In this document: piece after piece, positions 1 through 9,147 of the stretch | Layout of the letters: the number at the start of each line of letters is the position of its first letter | Position numbering within the stretch: the stretch's first letter is position 1 | Assembly: GCA_964458655.1 (NCBI GenBank) | Contig: CAYWJT010000002.1 | Coordinates: 13,299 to 77,298, forward strand | DNA from: an uncultured Eubacteriales bacterium | GTDB taxonomy: Bacteria; Acidobacteriota; Aminicenantia; Aminicenantales; Saccharicenantaceae | Length of the DNA stretch: 64,000 nt | Reading direction: 5' to 3' | Made by a program: the position numbers and the translations under genes | The notes under the pieces: generated by a model | What the model saw: only the letters and a program-made list of their open reading frames with translations | The model's database searches: none | Told to the model about the DNA's origin: nothing

Positions 1-61
1 AACGGCAGAAACAGTCAGCGATTTGCCCTTCTTCCGGGATAGAGAAGCGGCCGGACTGCGC

Positions 62-1333
62 CTAACTTTCTCTATACCTGGCCTGAGATGAAGACCCGGC
101 TTCCCCAAGTTTAGCTCCGTTCCTGTAATCCAGGTTCAGCACTTTCTGCATGATCAATGAAACCGCCCCCATCACCGCGGCTTTGAGCCCGAAAGTGGCC
201 GGCAATATCTCAACTTCCTTGCTTATTCTGTTCAGCGACCTGGCTTTTACGGTATTCCGGACGGCGTCAAAAAGGATATCGCCCGCTTCGGTTACTCCGC
301 CTCCGATTACAACAGCTTCTGGGTTGAAAAGGTTTATCAAAGCCGAAATCCCAATGCCAAGGTATTCAGCGGCCCGGCGAAAAACGTTCCAGGCCACGAC
401 ATCTCCTTTCTTAGCCGCCTCGGCCACCATTTCAGCGGTCACGTCATCGGGAACACCGTTGCACATATCGAAGAGAATGCTTTTAGCGCCGCTTTCCAGC
501 TCCGAACGGGCAGCCCGGGCGATGCCGCTGCCGGAAGCCAGCGCTTCCAAACAGCCGCAATTCCCACAATAGCACTGAACTCTGCTGTCTTTCTCCAGCG
601 TGATATGCCCGAATTCGCCGGACATGCCCTTGGTCCCGAGAAGGGGCTGGCCATTAATGATGATCCCTGCCCCTATCCCGTACCCGACGTTGACGCAAAT
701 GAAATTCTTGTACTTTCTCCCAACCCCATAACAAAGTTCCCCGAGAGCCATCACCCTGGTGACATTATCAAAGAAGACGGGGATATCCGTCTTTTGAGCC
801 AGGTAGCCGGTTATGTCCACGTCATGCCAGTGGAAATTGGGCGAGAACTCGACAATATTCCTTTTATTGTTGATCAGGCCGGCTACGGCCATGCCCACGC
901 CGCACAAACGATCCCGTTTTTCCCCCAGTCGAGTTTTCAGTTTCTCGATAACTTCAAAAGTCCTGTCCATGACGCTGTAAAAGCCCTCGTCCACACCCGT
1001 TCGGACCTTCTCCTCCGAGATAATTTCAGCCTCAAGATTCGCTAGAACGCCGTATATGTTCGTCGTCCCAAGGTCGATACCGATTATGAAATTGTTATTC
1101 GGGCGGAACTTGAGAAGATTCGGTTTCCTCCCCCCGTTGGAAGAACCTATGCCGACCTCTTCTACCAAGCCCTCCCCGATCAGGTCATCGACTATTCTGG
1201 AGACCGTGGGGGCGCTCAGTCCGCTTATCTTGGAGATCTCGGCGCGAGAGATAGAGGGATTGTCCCGGATGAGTTTCAACACCCTCCTGGTATTCAACTT
1301 GAGGATGTACTTGGCGCTGGCTCCTGGCGACAT
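62..1333 (-). CDS. ROK-family transcriptional regulator (NagC/XylR-like)
   Basis: N-terminal winged HTH (ISRAEISKISGLSAPTVSRIVDDL), then a ROK sugar-kinase fold with the zinc motif HITL...CYCGNCGCLE. The ATG at 1333 is preceded by AAGGAGAG. The ORF-track start at 1372 is a TTG. It is a paralog of the 16372-17643 regulator. Confidence 0.85.
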   Translation of the reverse strand: MSPGASAKYILKLNTRRVLKLIRDNPSISRAEISKISGLSAPTVSRIVDDLIGEGLVEEVGIGSSNGGRKPNLLKFRPNNNFIIGIDLGTTNIYGVLANLEAEIISEEKVRTGVDEGFYSVMDRTFEVIEKLKTRLGEKRDRLCGVGMAVAGLINNKRNIVEFSPNFHWHDVDITGYLAQKTDIPVFFDNVTRVMALGELCYGVGRKYKNFICVNVGYGIGAGIIINGQPLLGTKGMSGEFGHITLEKDSRVQCYCGNCGCLEALASGSGIARAARSELESGAKSILFDMCNGVPDDVTAEMVAEAAKKGDVVAWNVFRRAAEYLGIGISALINLFNPEAVVIGGGVTEAGDILFDAVRNTVKARSLNRISKEVEILPATFGLKAAVMGAVSLIMQKVLNLDYRNGAKLGEAGSSSQARYRES

Positions 1334-1508
1334 TGCATCTCTCCTTACTACCTGTTCATTATAAACCAACAATAAGCGTCTTGTTTCCCATGACTAGAAT
1401 AGCTCATATCGGCCGGCCGTGGCCCTGGCGCTATTCGTCCCCTGATTCCAGACGCCGGCCGCATCGCTGCCTTTCCCTTCCTGGAGGCTACGATAATATA
1501 ATAGTTTG

Positions 1509-3062
1509 TCACTTTCTTTCAAAGGCGCTCCTTCCCTCCCGCATATAGCGATCCAGCAGATCCCTAAGCCGGTCAACAACTTCAGCGTGCTTTTCATATA
1601 GGTCCTTTTGTTCATAGGGGTCTTCTTTCAAGTTGTAGAGTTGGCCTGGCGTTCCTGGCCGGGGAAGAAGCCCTTCGGGCGGCATCCAGCCTCCGGAGGT
1701 CTTGTTGTCCAGAATAAGCTTCCACTCTCCCTGGCGGATGGCAAAAGTGCCGTTTTCTGAATGGGACACGATGGCTTCTCTGATGGGCCCTTGGCCCCTC
1801 TCCCCCAGAAGGGCCGGGGAGATATCGTAACTGTCCGGCCCGTCTTCAGGGGACAATGCCGCATCGGTGATGGAGGCAAAAGTGGCCATCATGTCGGACA
1901 GGCAAATCGGTTCGTCGCATACTCTGCCGGCCTTGACTTTTCTCGGCCAGCGAACGATGAAAGGAACGCGGTGGCCGCCTTCCCAGATGTGCGTCTTGTA
2001 ACCCCGGAGGAGGCCCGCCGACTTATGGCCCTTTATTCCGGGATGGGGCCCGTTATCGCTGGCGAAAATCAGCACAGTGTCGTCGCTAATCCCCAAGGAG
2101 TCCAAGGCCTTCATCATTTCCCCCAGGCAGTAATCGGCGAGAACCACAAGATCGCCCCGTGGGCCGTCTCCGCTTTTTCCCTTAACGAAATCAGGGGGCA
2201 GCCAGGGAGTATGAGGTGAAGACAAACAGAGCATGACAAAAAAGGGCTGCGTCGGCGCCGCCATTACGCTGCGCTGCATAAAGGCGATCGCCTCCCGGGT
2301 AAAAACAAGGTCCACTTCCTCAAGTTTAAAGCCGGCAGCCGCCCAGCCTGGCCGGGGGCTCCCCTCCTCGCCGCGGCTCATGTCATAGGATTCGGAGATT
2401 TGCCGACTGGGAATTTCCCTGACCCTGTCGTCTTCAATATAAGTGAACGGGCCGTCGATGGTCGAACAGGCCGCCGTAAATACGGCATGATCAAAGCCGT
2501 GATCGATCGGCCCACCCCTGACCGGCTTGGAAAAATCCACGTTCATGCCGGTCTCAGGCTTCGCATCCTGCCAGGATCCTTTCAACATCCTTTCGGCGTC
2601 TTTCCAGGTGGGAGTGAAGCCGTTCATTCTGGTCCAATTAAGGCCAAGATGCCACTTGCCGAACATGCCGCTTCTATATCCCCTGTTCTTTAGCAGGCTG
2701 GCCAATGTCTTCCGCCCGGGTTCGATCAGAGTCGGAGTATAACCGCCGACGACCCCTCTCTTCAGCCAGGTGCGCCAACAGTATCTTCCCGTCAGGAGGC
2801 TGTAGCGAGTGGGCGTGCAGACGGCCGATGGGGAATGAGCATCGGTGAATCGCACGCCTTCGCGGGAGAGTCGGTCCGCATTTGGCGTTGGAATGGGAGA
2901 ATCCGGGTTGTAGCACCCCAGATCGCCGTAGCCCAGGTCATCGGCCAATATCATGATTATGTTGGGACGCCCTTGCCCGATGAGACCGGAAATGCTTCGA
3001 CCTGCGACCAACATTGACGACGCGCCCGCAAAGACGGTGCCGATAAACCTGCGCCTTTTCAT
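1509..3062 (-). CDS. Formylglycine-dependent sulfatase (arylsulfatase family), Tat-secreted
   Basis: Twin-arginine signal MKRRRFIGTVFAGASSMLVAGRS. Sulfatase signature CTPTRYSLLTGRY (C-x-P-x-R) and N-terminal metal-site motif ILADDLGYGDLG. The ATG at 3062 lies 15 nt after the upstream anSME stop; the track start at 3107 is a TTG. Confidence 0.9.
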   Translation of the reverse strand: MKRRRFIGTVFAGASSMLVAGRSISGLIGQGRPNIIMILADDLGYGDLGCYNPDSPIPTPNADRLSREGVRFTDAHSPSAVCTPTRYSLLTGRYCWRTWLKRGVVGGYTPTLIEPGRKTLASLLKNRGYRSGMFGKWHLGLNWTRMNGFTPTWKDAERMLKGSWQDAKPETGMNVDFSKPVRGGPIDHGFDHAVFTAACSTIDGPFTYIEDDRVREIPSRQISESYDMSRGEEGSPRPGWAAAGFKLEEVDLVFTREAIAFMQRSVMAAPTQPFFVMLCLSSPHTPWLPPDFVKGKSGDGPRGDLVVLADYCLGEMMKALDSLGISDDTVLIFASDNGPHPGIKGHKSAGLLRGYKTHIWEGGHRVPFIVRWPRKVKAGRVCDEPICLSDMMATFASITDAALSPEDGPDSYDISPALLGERGQGPIREAIVSHSENGTFAIRQGEWKLILDNKTSGGWMPPEGLLPRPGTPGQLYNLKEDPYEQKDLYEKHAEVVDRLRDLLDRYMREGRSAFERK

Positions 3063-3076
3063 ATGACCGCCGTTCT

Positions 3077-4240
3077 CTAATACCTCTGGCTTTGCATTTG
3101 CTTCCAAAATGACGCCAATCTTCTCAAATGCTCGTCCGCATGCTCGAAAAACATCCTATAGGAAGTGCAAAAAAGGCTCACCTTACTGTCCTTTGAGTTC
3201 AGCTGTCGCTCTTTGGGACAGCCTCCCCAGCAATGGCTGAGCCAGGGGCAGCCCTGGCATGTCTCCGGCCACACGGATTTCATTTCGCCGAAAGATCTTT
3301 GCGGGCCGGAGTTGAGCAGGTCGATCATCTTCGCGGACATGATATTGCCTAACCTCAAGCGCGGTTCGACATAGAAATCGCAGGGGAAAACGTCGCCGCT
3401 GTGTTCTACGACAAGATAATCGCCGCATTCCCGACGCAGATTGCAGTCCGGCGGTTCAAGGTTGACGTAGGAATAGAAAACCGAATCGAAATAACGAATG
3501 AATATGGAAGGCAGCCCATCGACAAAGTCGCTCCGCCAAAGGTCGAATATCTTGACGAGGAAGTCACCGTAAGCATCAGGAGACGGAGAAAACGGGTCCT
3601 TTTTATCGAGCCTCGGCAGACCTTCATCGAAGCACGGGATAAACTGCATGTAGGTAAAGCCGAGGTTCTTATGGAATTCATAAATTTCCTCCGGGAACCT
3701 GACCGAATAATCGTTGACAACGGTCAATACGTTCACCTCTACTCCACTGTCGATCAGCATCTTGGCCTTGTCTACGACTCTTTCCCAGGAGCCCAGCCCG
3801 CCGGGAAGCTTTCGATAGCGATCGTGGATGTGTTTCGGGCCGTCAAGGGACAGGCCCACCAAGAACCCATTATCCCTCAAGAAGTCAGCCCATTTCTGGT
3901 CGATAAGAAGGCCGTTCGTCTGGAAAGCGTTCCGGACGGTTTTCCCCCGGCGGTTTCTCTTTTGTAAGTCGACCGCCGTTTGAAAGAACTCGAGGCCAGC
4001 CAGGGTAGGCTCGCCGCCCTGCCAGGCGAACGAAATAGCTTCCCCACATTGAGCCAATGCCTGGCTTATCATCTCTTCAAGGATTTCCTTTTTCATCCTG
4101 CGGGCCGAACTCTCCGGAAAAATGGAGCGTTTCCCCCGATAGAAACAATAGGAACAAACCTGGTTGCAATCCGGCCCGACCGGCTTGACCAGGATGGAGC
4201 CTAATGGTCTCTTGGATGCGACGCGTTCCAAATGGCTCAT
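3077..4240 (-). CDS. Anaerobic sulfatase-maturating enzyme (radical SAM/SPASM, anSME)
   Basis: LVKPVGPDCNQVCSYCFY radical-SAM CxxxCxxC right after the likely ATG at 4240. C-terminal SPASM cysteine cluster (CQGCPWLSHCWGGCPKER). It sits immediately upstream of a Cys-type sulfatase. The track start at 4417 is a TTG and adds about 59 aa not seen in anSMEs. Confidence 0.85.
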   Translation of the reverse strand: MSHLERVASKRPLGSILVKPVGPDCNQVCSYCFYRGKRSIFPESSARRMKKEILEEMISQALAQCGEAISFAWQGGEPTLAGLEFFQTAVDLQKRNRRGKTVRNAFQTNGLLIDQKWADFLRDNGFLVGLSLDGPKHIHDRYRKLPGGLGSWERVVDKAKMLIDSGVEVNVLTVVNDYSVRFPEEIYEFHKNLGFTYMQFIPCFDEGLPRLDKKDPFSPSPDAYGDFLVKIFDLWRSDFVDGLPSIFIRYFDSVFYSYVNLEPPDCNLRRECGDYLVVEHSGDVFPCDFYVEPRLRLGNIMSAKMIDLLNSGPQRSFGEMKSVWPETCQGCPWLSHCWGGCPKERQLNSKDSKVSLFCTSYRMFFEHADEHLRRLASFWKQMQSQRY

Positions 4241-4547
4241 GGGGATGATCGGGCCGCTAACTCGTCTCCAATCATACAAGCGAAAAATAAAGGGCTGTCC
4301 ATTCTCGTCGACCGCGTTACCTTTGGCGGCATCGATCCATGATTCGCGGGCGCTGAGCGCCCGCAACGCCTTTTCCGCGTTTCCTGCTTTCTTTGTTTGG
4401 GAAATAACAGGGCGCAATAATTAAATAATGAAATAAACTTATATCTGTCAATGCTTTTTTTCAAAATAGCGCAAGTTTACAGCCATATTCTCTCGGCCTT
4501 AGTATATACGGTCTCTCTTATAAGTTAAGCAAAAAGGTTTATTTCGC

Positions 4548-4576
4548 TTGACTTTGCTCGAATATTACTTAAATTA
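4548..4576 (+). promoter_or_regulatory. Candidate promoter in the AT-rich divergent region upstream of 4609 (TTGACT-N16-TAAATT)
   Basis: TTGACT at 4548-4553 and TAAATT at 4570-4575. Weak -10. Confidence 0.25.
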
Positions 4577-4608
4577 AGAAAATATACGGCGCGATGGAGA
4601 GGAAAAGC

Positions 4609-6483
4609 ATGCTGAAGGGAATTAGCTTTTGCTTGCCTTTAACGTTCTTGCTCATCCCCGCTTTCGCTCAATGGCCCAGGATCCGGATGATATCCCTCTT
4701 TAAAATACCCAAGCTCACCGGCGTCAAGCTGGGTTGCCTCGGCCTCCTATTGTTCACGGCCAATATGGGCTGCTATCAGAATTCAAAACAGGCCGTAGTG
4801 CCTTACGAACCGGAGGCTTTCGTTCCCCGGATCTGGAAATCGGAGCCGCCTGACGGCTGCCCGTTCGAACCTTCCAAGGATATAGTGGGGATCGCTTTCA
4901 CTGGAAGATATGCCACTTACACCGACGCCGACACCTGGTATCCTGCCTGGGCCGCCGACGGGAACATGTACAGCGGCTGGACGGACGGAGAAATAGGAAA
5001 GGAAAGCTGTCATTCTTCGGGCGGCAACAGGGCGCGCACCGGCAACGCGAAGATCATCGGTGACGACCCCTTGAATCTGGTCATCCAGTCTCTGGGCGTT
5101 CAGCCGGCTTCGGCCCTGCCTTACGGCGGCCGCTATCCGAGCGCCAACCTTGTGTATAAAGGCGTCTGGTACTATGGGACTTACTGCATAGACTTCGATT
5201 TCACCAAACCCGAATATCCAGATGAATACAGCTGGGCCATTTGCGGCCCGGTACCAGGCTTCAGGGTCTCTACCGACTACGGGAAGACCTGGATTCCCAG
5301 CCCGCTCTCGCCGGAAAATCCGCTTTTCCCGGAGTCCGGCAAAAACGGCCGACAGGTGAAAATGGGCACGCCTCACTTTGTCGATTTCGGTCGCGAACTG
5401 GAATACTCCCCGGATGGCAAAGCTTACCTCGTAGGGCACGGAGCCCTGGATAACGACCCGACTCCCCGGGTAGCCAATAATAGCTGGATCGCAGGCGACG
5501 CCGTTTACCTGGCGCGTGTGACGCCAAGCCCAAAAAATATCAACGATCCCAAAGCTTATGAGTTCTTTTCCGGGTTCGATTCCGCCAACAAGCCTATCTG
5601 GAGCAAGGATTTTACGGACATAAAGCCTTTGCTGGTCTGGGACGATCACATGGGTTGCACGACCATTACCTATCATGCTCCATTAAGGAAGTATCTGATG
5701 TGTATCACCGACGGCTGGCCGGGGGTTCGGAACATGAATTCTTATGTTCTCGAAGCCGACCAGCTGACGGGGCCTTATCGAATGGTGGCCTATATGAGGG
5801 ACTTCGGCCCCCAGGGTTATTTTCTCAATTTCCCGTCGAAATTCATCCGCCCTGACCGTCAGACGGTCTGGCTCTCTTATTCGGCCAACTTCCATAAGGA
5901 CTACTTCGCCAACCGGGCCATCGCCGATCCCCTCGGCAGCCGTTACGCCTGGTGCTTGCAGGAAGTCAAGCTTCTGGATGAAAGGACTCTCAATTCATTG
6001 CCTGAAACGCAGCAAAAAGATCCCATTAAGAGCGGCAATAATATTGCGCTCCGGGCGCAGGTCAGCGTTTCTTCGGTCCAGGACAAAAGCAAACCCATGA
6101 CCGAAGTCCCGCAATTCTTCGGGGAGGGGGCTGTGGACGGAGTTGTCGAATACAGCGATGACGTCAACCCGCGCGAATGGAGGAGCCAGGAACGTTCCAC
6201 AGCTATGATCCGTCTCAGTTGGGACCGACCTGAAACCGTCTGCCGGGTCTGGCTTTTTGACCTGCCCAACTCGAAAGACCAGGTTTTATCCGGGCTGCTG
6301 GTCTTCAGCGATGGAAGCGCCATAAGGGTCGGCGACCTGCCCAACGAGGGTAGGTCTGCCCGCGAAATAGCCTTCTCCGCCAAGAAAATAACCTGGCTGG
6401 CCTTCATCATAGATTCTGTGTCACGGGAAACCGGGAACGCCGGGCTGGCCGAAATCGCCGTCTTTAGGACTAAAGATAATTAA
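4609..6483 (+). CDS. Hypothetical secreted protein (possible beta-propeller glycosidase-like N-terminus, beta-sandwich C-terminal domain ending GLAEIAVF)
   Basis: Signal peptide MLKGISFCLPLTFLLIPAFAQ. The ATG at 4609 is preceded by GGAGAGG; a possible second lipoprotein-like start lies near MISLF. No family recognised with confidence. Confidence 0.5.
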   Translation: MLKGISFCLPLTFLLIPAFAQWPRIRMISLFKIPKLTGVKLGCLGLLLFTANMGCYQNSKQAVVPYEPEAFVPRIWKSEPPDGCPFEPSKDIVGIAFTGRYATYTDADTWYPAWAADGNMYSGWTDGEIGKESCHSSGGNRARTGNAKIIGDDPLNLVIQSLGVQPASALPYGGRYPSANLVYKGVWYYGTYCIDFDFTKPEYPDEYSWAICGPVPGFRVSTDYGKTWIPSPLSPENPLFPESGKNGRQVKMGTPHFVDFGRELEYSPDGKAYLVGHGALDNDPTPRVANNSWIAGDAVYLARVTPSPKNINDPKAYEFFSGFDSANKPIWSKDFTDIKPLLVWDDHMGCTTITYHAPLRKYLMCITDGWPGVRNMNSYVLEADQLTGPYRMVAYMRDFGPQGYFLNFPSKFIRPDRQTVWLSYSANFHKDYFANRAIADPLGSRYAWCLQEVKLLDERTLNSLPETQQKDPIKSGNNIALRAQVSVSSVQDKSKPMTEVPQFFGEGAVDGVVEYSDDVNPREWRSQERSTAMIRLSWDRPETVCRVWLFDLPNSKDQVLSGLLVFSDGSAIRVGDLPNEGRSAREIAFSAKKITWLAFIIDSVSRETGNAGLAEIAVFRTKDN

Positions 6484-6490
6484 GGTCCGC

Positions 6491-6510
6491 GGGCCGAGCA
6501 TAAACGGCCC
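6491..6510. terminator. Short GC hairpin GGGCCG-N8-CGGCCC between convergent genes (4609-6483 and 6538-8190)
   Basis: 6-bp stem in the 54-bp convergent intergenic gap. No U-tract. Confidence 0.3.
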
Positions 6511-6537
6511 TGAACCACGCCTAGGCCGCTAACAGCC

Positions 6538-8190
6538 TTATTTTTGAGCCGCTGACTGATGAACGACTATCGGCACATAGCCGACCTCTAATCCTGGCGG
6601 GGGCGTAACTATCAGGGCCGGGTCCAGTTTCATCAAATTGCCGAAGGCCGGCGGGGCCATATAGTCACGGTCGATCGGCCAATTAGCCTGGATTCTTTCC
6701 GCCAAAGCCTGCAATTCAGCCTTTTTCTCCGAAGACCAGTTATACTGCTGGAAGGCCGGCTGATCGATGAATCTGTACCAGTAATAAGTTACCGACGAGC
6801 CATCGGCCAGCTTGGCCTCATGGGGACCTGATTTGGGCCCTGGATCGACCCAGGCGCCCTTCGCCGGCGAAGTGTAGGGGCGCCCAGGCTCGGCCAGCCT
6901 GAACTTCTGCTGGAGCAGCTTGGTGTCGGCTGGAACGCTTGACTCGGGGACAGCGACGTATTTGCCTCCTTGATAATGGTAATATTGTGGGAAATTGGCC
7001 ATGCTGCCTTTGACATCCGACTTCCACTGCAATCCCCACATATTACCGGCGAACACTGCGGTCTCGAAAAGAGCATCCCTGCCCTCCACTCCGACTATTT
7101 CCACCCCCGCCATATCGTATCTGGTCGGCCGCGGGCTGAGCTTGGGCTTGATCGCTCCCACACCATCAAATTGACCGGAGCAATAGACCCCCCGGTCCCG
7201 CCAGGCTTTAAATGGATCGTACAGGGCCGCCTTGGAATAATAAGTGACTTCCTGCACCAGAATAGACCGGCCCTGTTCATCTGCTGGAAATTGCAATTTG
7301 GGCAATTTGGCATATATTCGGCCGTTTGAATCCTTAGCTTCGAATCTGGGCACCATATTTATTTCAATGGCTCCGCCGCCGGCTTTCCCGCGTCTGGCAT
7401 CGAGGCCACGGCCGTAGAGGAAGGGATAATTAAATAGTTTGCCGATCTTGCTCCAGGTTTCAGGGATAAAGAAGGCTATCGGTCCTTTGAAATTAGCCGC
7501 GCTCAAAAAACAGGTCCAGCTCTGTTCGCCCACGGGCGGCTCCCCCGTTTCAGGCTCGCTGAAGGGCAGCGCCATCCAGGTATACCCGAGGAATTCCCCG
7601 TTCGGATTCCCTTCAAAAGTAATCCCATCCGGTGGGATCAACAGCCGGTTGCTGAGCTGGGCTATTCCCAGCCGGTCATCGGGCAGGGCCTCGTCGCTGT
7701 AAAAGAAAGACCAACCCGGTGAGCCAATCTCATAATCATAACACTGCGGCGTTCCGTTCATGCTGAACTTGGGCGGTCCATAACGAAAATGATTGCCGGC
7801 CCAATAGCCCACTCCGCCCTCGATGGTCTGAAAAACAGAGCTCCACGTGGGCCCCCGCGGTTTCCATTTCCTGGCCAGGGTCCCTTCGGGACAGAGGGGA
7901 GTGGTCTTATTATCAGAGTTATCGGGGAGAATCCAGGTGCTCGGCAACCCGATTTGAAAACCCGCCAGCGGTTCATCGATCAAAGGCCATACGGCCACAT
8001 AGAAGCCCATTCCGGCTCCATACCCATCAGGAACAGGCTCATGATCGAAGCTGATGTAGCCGTGCAGCCCGTCGCTTTTTTCGGCAACGGCGGCGGCTTT
8101 GACCTTTTCTTCGCTCCGGATAAAAAAGAGCGCTAGGATAGCCAGAAAGAATGGAGTGCCTATTAATAATTGAATTTTATTTTTTTTCAT
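6538..8190 (-). CDS. Hypothetical signal-anchored or secreted protein
   Basis: 550-aa ORF. The ATG at 8190 is preceded by AGGAGAGGG, and the N-terminus is hydrophobic (MKKNKIQLLIGTPFFLAILALFFI). No recognisable family motif. Confidence 0.55.
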   Translation of the reverse strand: MKKNKIQLLIGTPFFLAILALFFIRSEEKVKAAAVAEKSDGLHGYISFDHEPVPDGYGAGMGFYVAVWPLIDEPLAGFQIGLPSTWILPDNSDNKTTPLCPEGTLARKWKPRGPTWSSVFQTIEGGVGYWAGNHFRYGPPKFSMNGTPQCYDYEIGSPGWSFFYSDEALPDDRLGIAQLSNRLLIPPDGITFEGNPNGEFLGYTWMALPFSEPETGEPPVGEQSWTCFLSAANFKGPIAFFIPETWSKIGKLFNYPFLYGRGLDARRGKAGGGAIEINMVPRFEAKDSNGRIYAKLPKLQFPADEQGRSILVQEVTYYSKAALYDPFKAWRDRGVYCSGQFDGVGAIKPKLSPRPTRYDMAGVEIVGVEGRDALFETAVFAGNMWGLQWKSDVKGSMANFPQYYHYQGGKYVAVPESSVPADTKLLQQKFRLAEPGRPYTSPAKGAWVDPGPKSGPHEAKLADGSSVTYYWYRFIDQPAFQQYNWSSEKKAELQALAERIQANWPIDRDYMAPPAFGNLMKLDPALIVTPPPGLEVGYVPIVVHQSAAQK

Positions 8191-8227
8191 ATCCCTCTCC
8201 TAGTTTTCATTGAACTCATCCTGCTCA

Positions 8228-8238
8228 TTATATAGCAT
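8228..8238 (-). promoter_or_regulatory. Extended -10-like element TGcTATATAAT about 35 nt upstream of the 6538-8190 gene start
   Basis: Minus-strand reading tgctatataat. No matching -35. Confidence 0.25.
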
Positions 8239-8414
8239 CAAGAATCAGCGGCGCCAGGCAGTTGATCGGCTGCTTTCCTTCGGCAACTTGTATTTATCAT
8301 CGATACCCGTTGTAGGGTTGACCTGGCGTTGCGGGCCGGGGAAATCTCATAACTGTCCGGCCCATCTTTTGGAGACATCGTTGAAGCGGGCCTCGCGGCG
8401 GACCCGGCGGCCGG

Positions 8415-8978
8415 CTATTTCCCGACCCTCCGGACACGAGGGTCCGTATAGACATCGTTCTCGTCGGTGCTGGTCGACGAGAACTCCGAGACGACCGCCC
8501 CTTTGTCGCCGGCCTGGAACCAATGCAAAGCGTTGGGCGGGAGGGTGTACATATCGCCGGGTCTTAGCACGATCTCGTGCCAGACGGTCAGAAAAGGCCG
8601 ATACTTCATCGGAACGCGGGCGCGCGGTTTGGGGGTCCGTTCACCGGCGACATAGAGATAGACCTCGCCGTAGCGGCATCGGAATGTCTCCTGCTTTCCG
8701 GGATTGCTCCTGTTGACCCGGGGATGGCGGTGTTCCAGGCAGATCTGCCTGGGCAGGAGGACCAGCTCCTTGGCGCAGTAGCGGTCGTTGTTCTCATAGA
8801 CGATGATCTCTATCCCCACGTGCTTCAGGTCGCCTAGCCCAAGGTCTGCGACCTCCATCGCCTCCAACTCGCTCCGGGTGACGGCGATGCGGGCCTTGCG
8901 AAGAAGGGCGACCGCCGCGGACTTGACCTTCTCGACGTTTCGGTCTTTCATGGGTGCACCGGAGCGATTATAACCCAT
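8415..8978 (-). CDS. Cupin-fold sugar isomerase, D-lyxose/D-mannose ketol-isomerase-like (YdaE family)
   Basis: Pattern ADLGLGDLKHVGIEII...YCAKELVLLPRQICLEHRHP...KQETFRCRYGEVYLYV parallels the YdaE-type cupin (DFGLGEF.K.G...Y.EK...H.H..KmEdiinRgGG). A start at MKDRN (8951) is also possible. Confidence 0.5.
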   Translation of the reverse strand: MGYNRSGAPMKDRNVEKVKSAAVALLRKARIAVTRSELEAMEVADLGLGDLKHVGIEIIVYENNDRYCAKELVLLPRQICLEHRHPRVNRSNPGKQETFRCRYGEVYLYVAGERTPKPRARVPMKYRPFLTVWHEIVLRPGDMYTLPPNALHWFQAGDKGAVVSEFSSTSTDENDVYTDPRVRRVGK

Positions 8979-9147
8979 CAGCCTCTTCTAGAGAAGCGAT
9001 CGGGGCTCAGATCCTCGGTCCCCCTGAAGACAGGAAAGGCTTCTGCTTCGTCCCGCGATTTGGTCAAGGCCTCAATCGCTTGCATGTCCTCAGGTTGGCT
9101 ATGGCGCCGACTTTGTTATATAATGAAAAAATGTTCTGGAGGCCGAT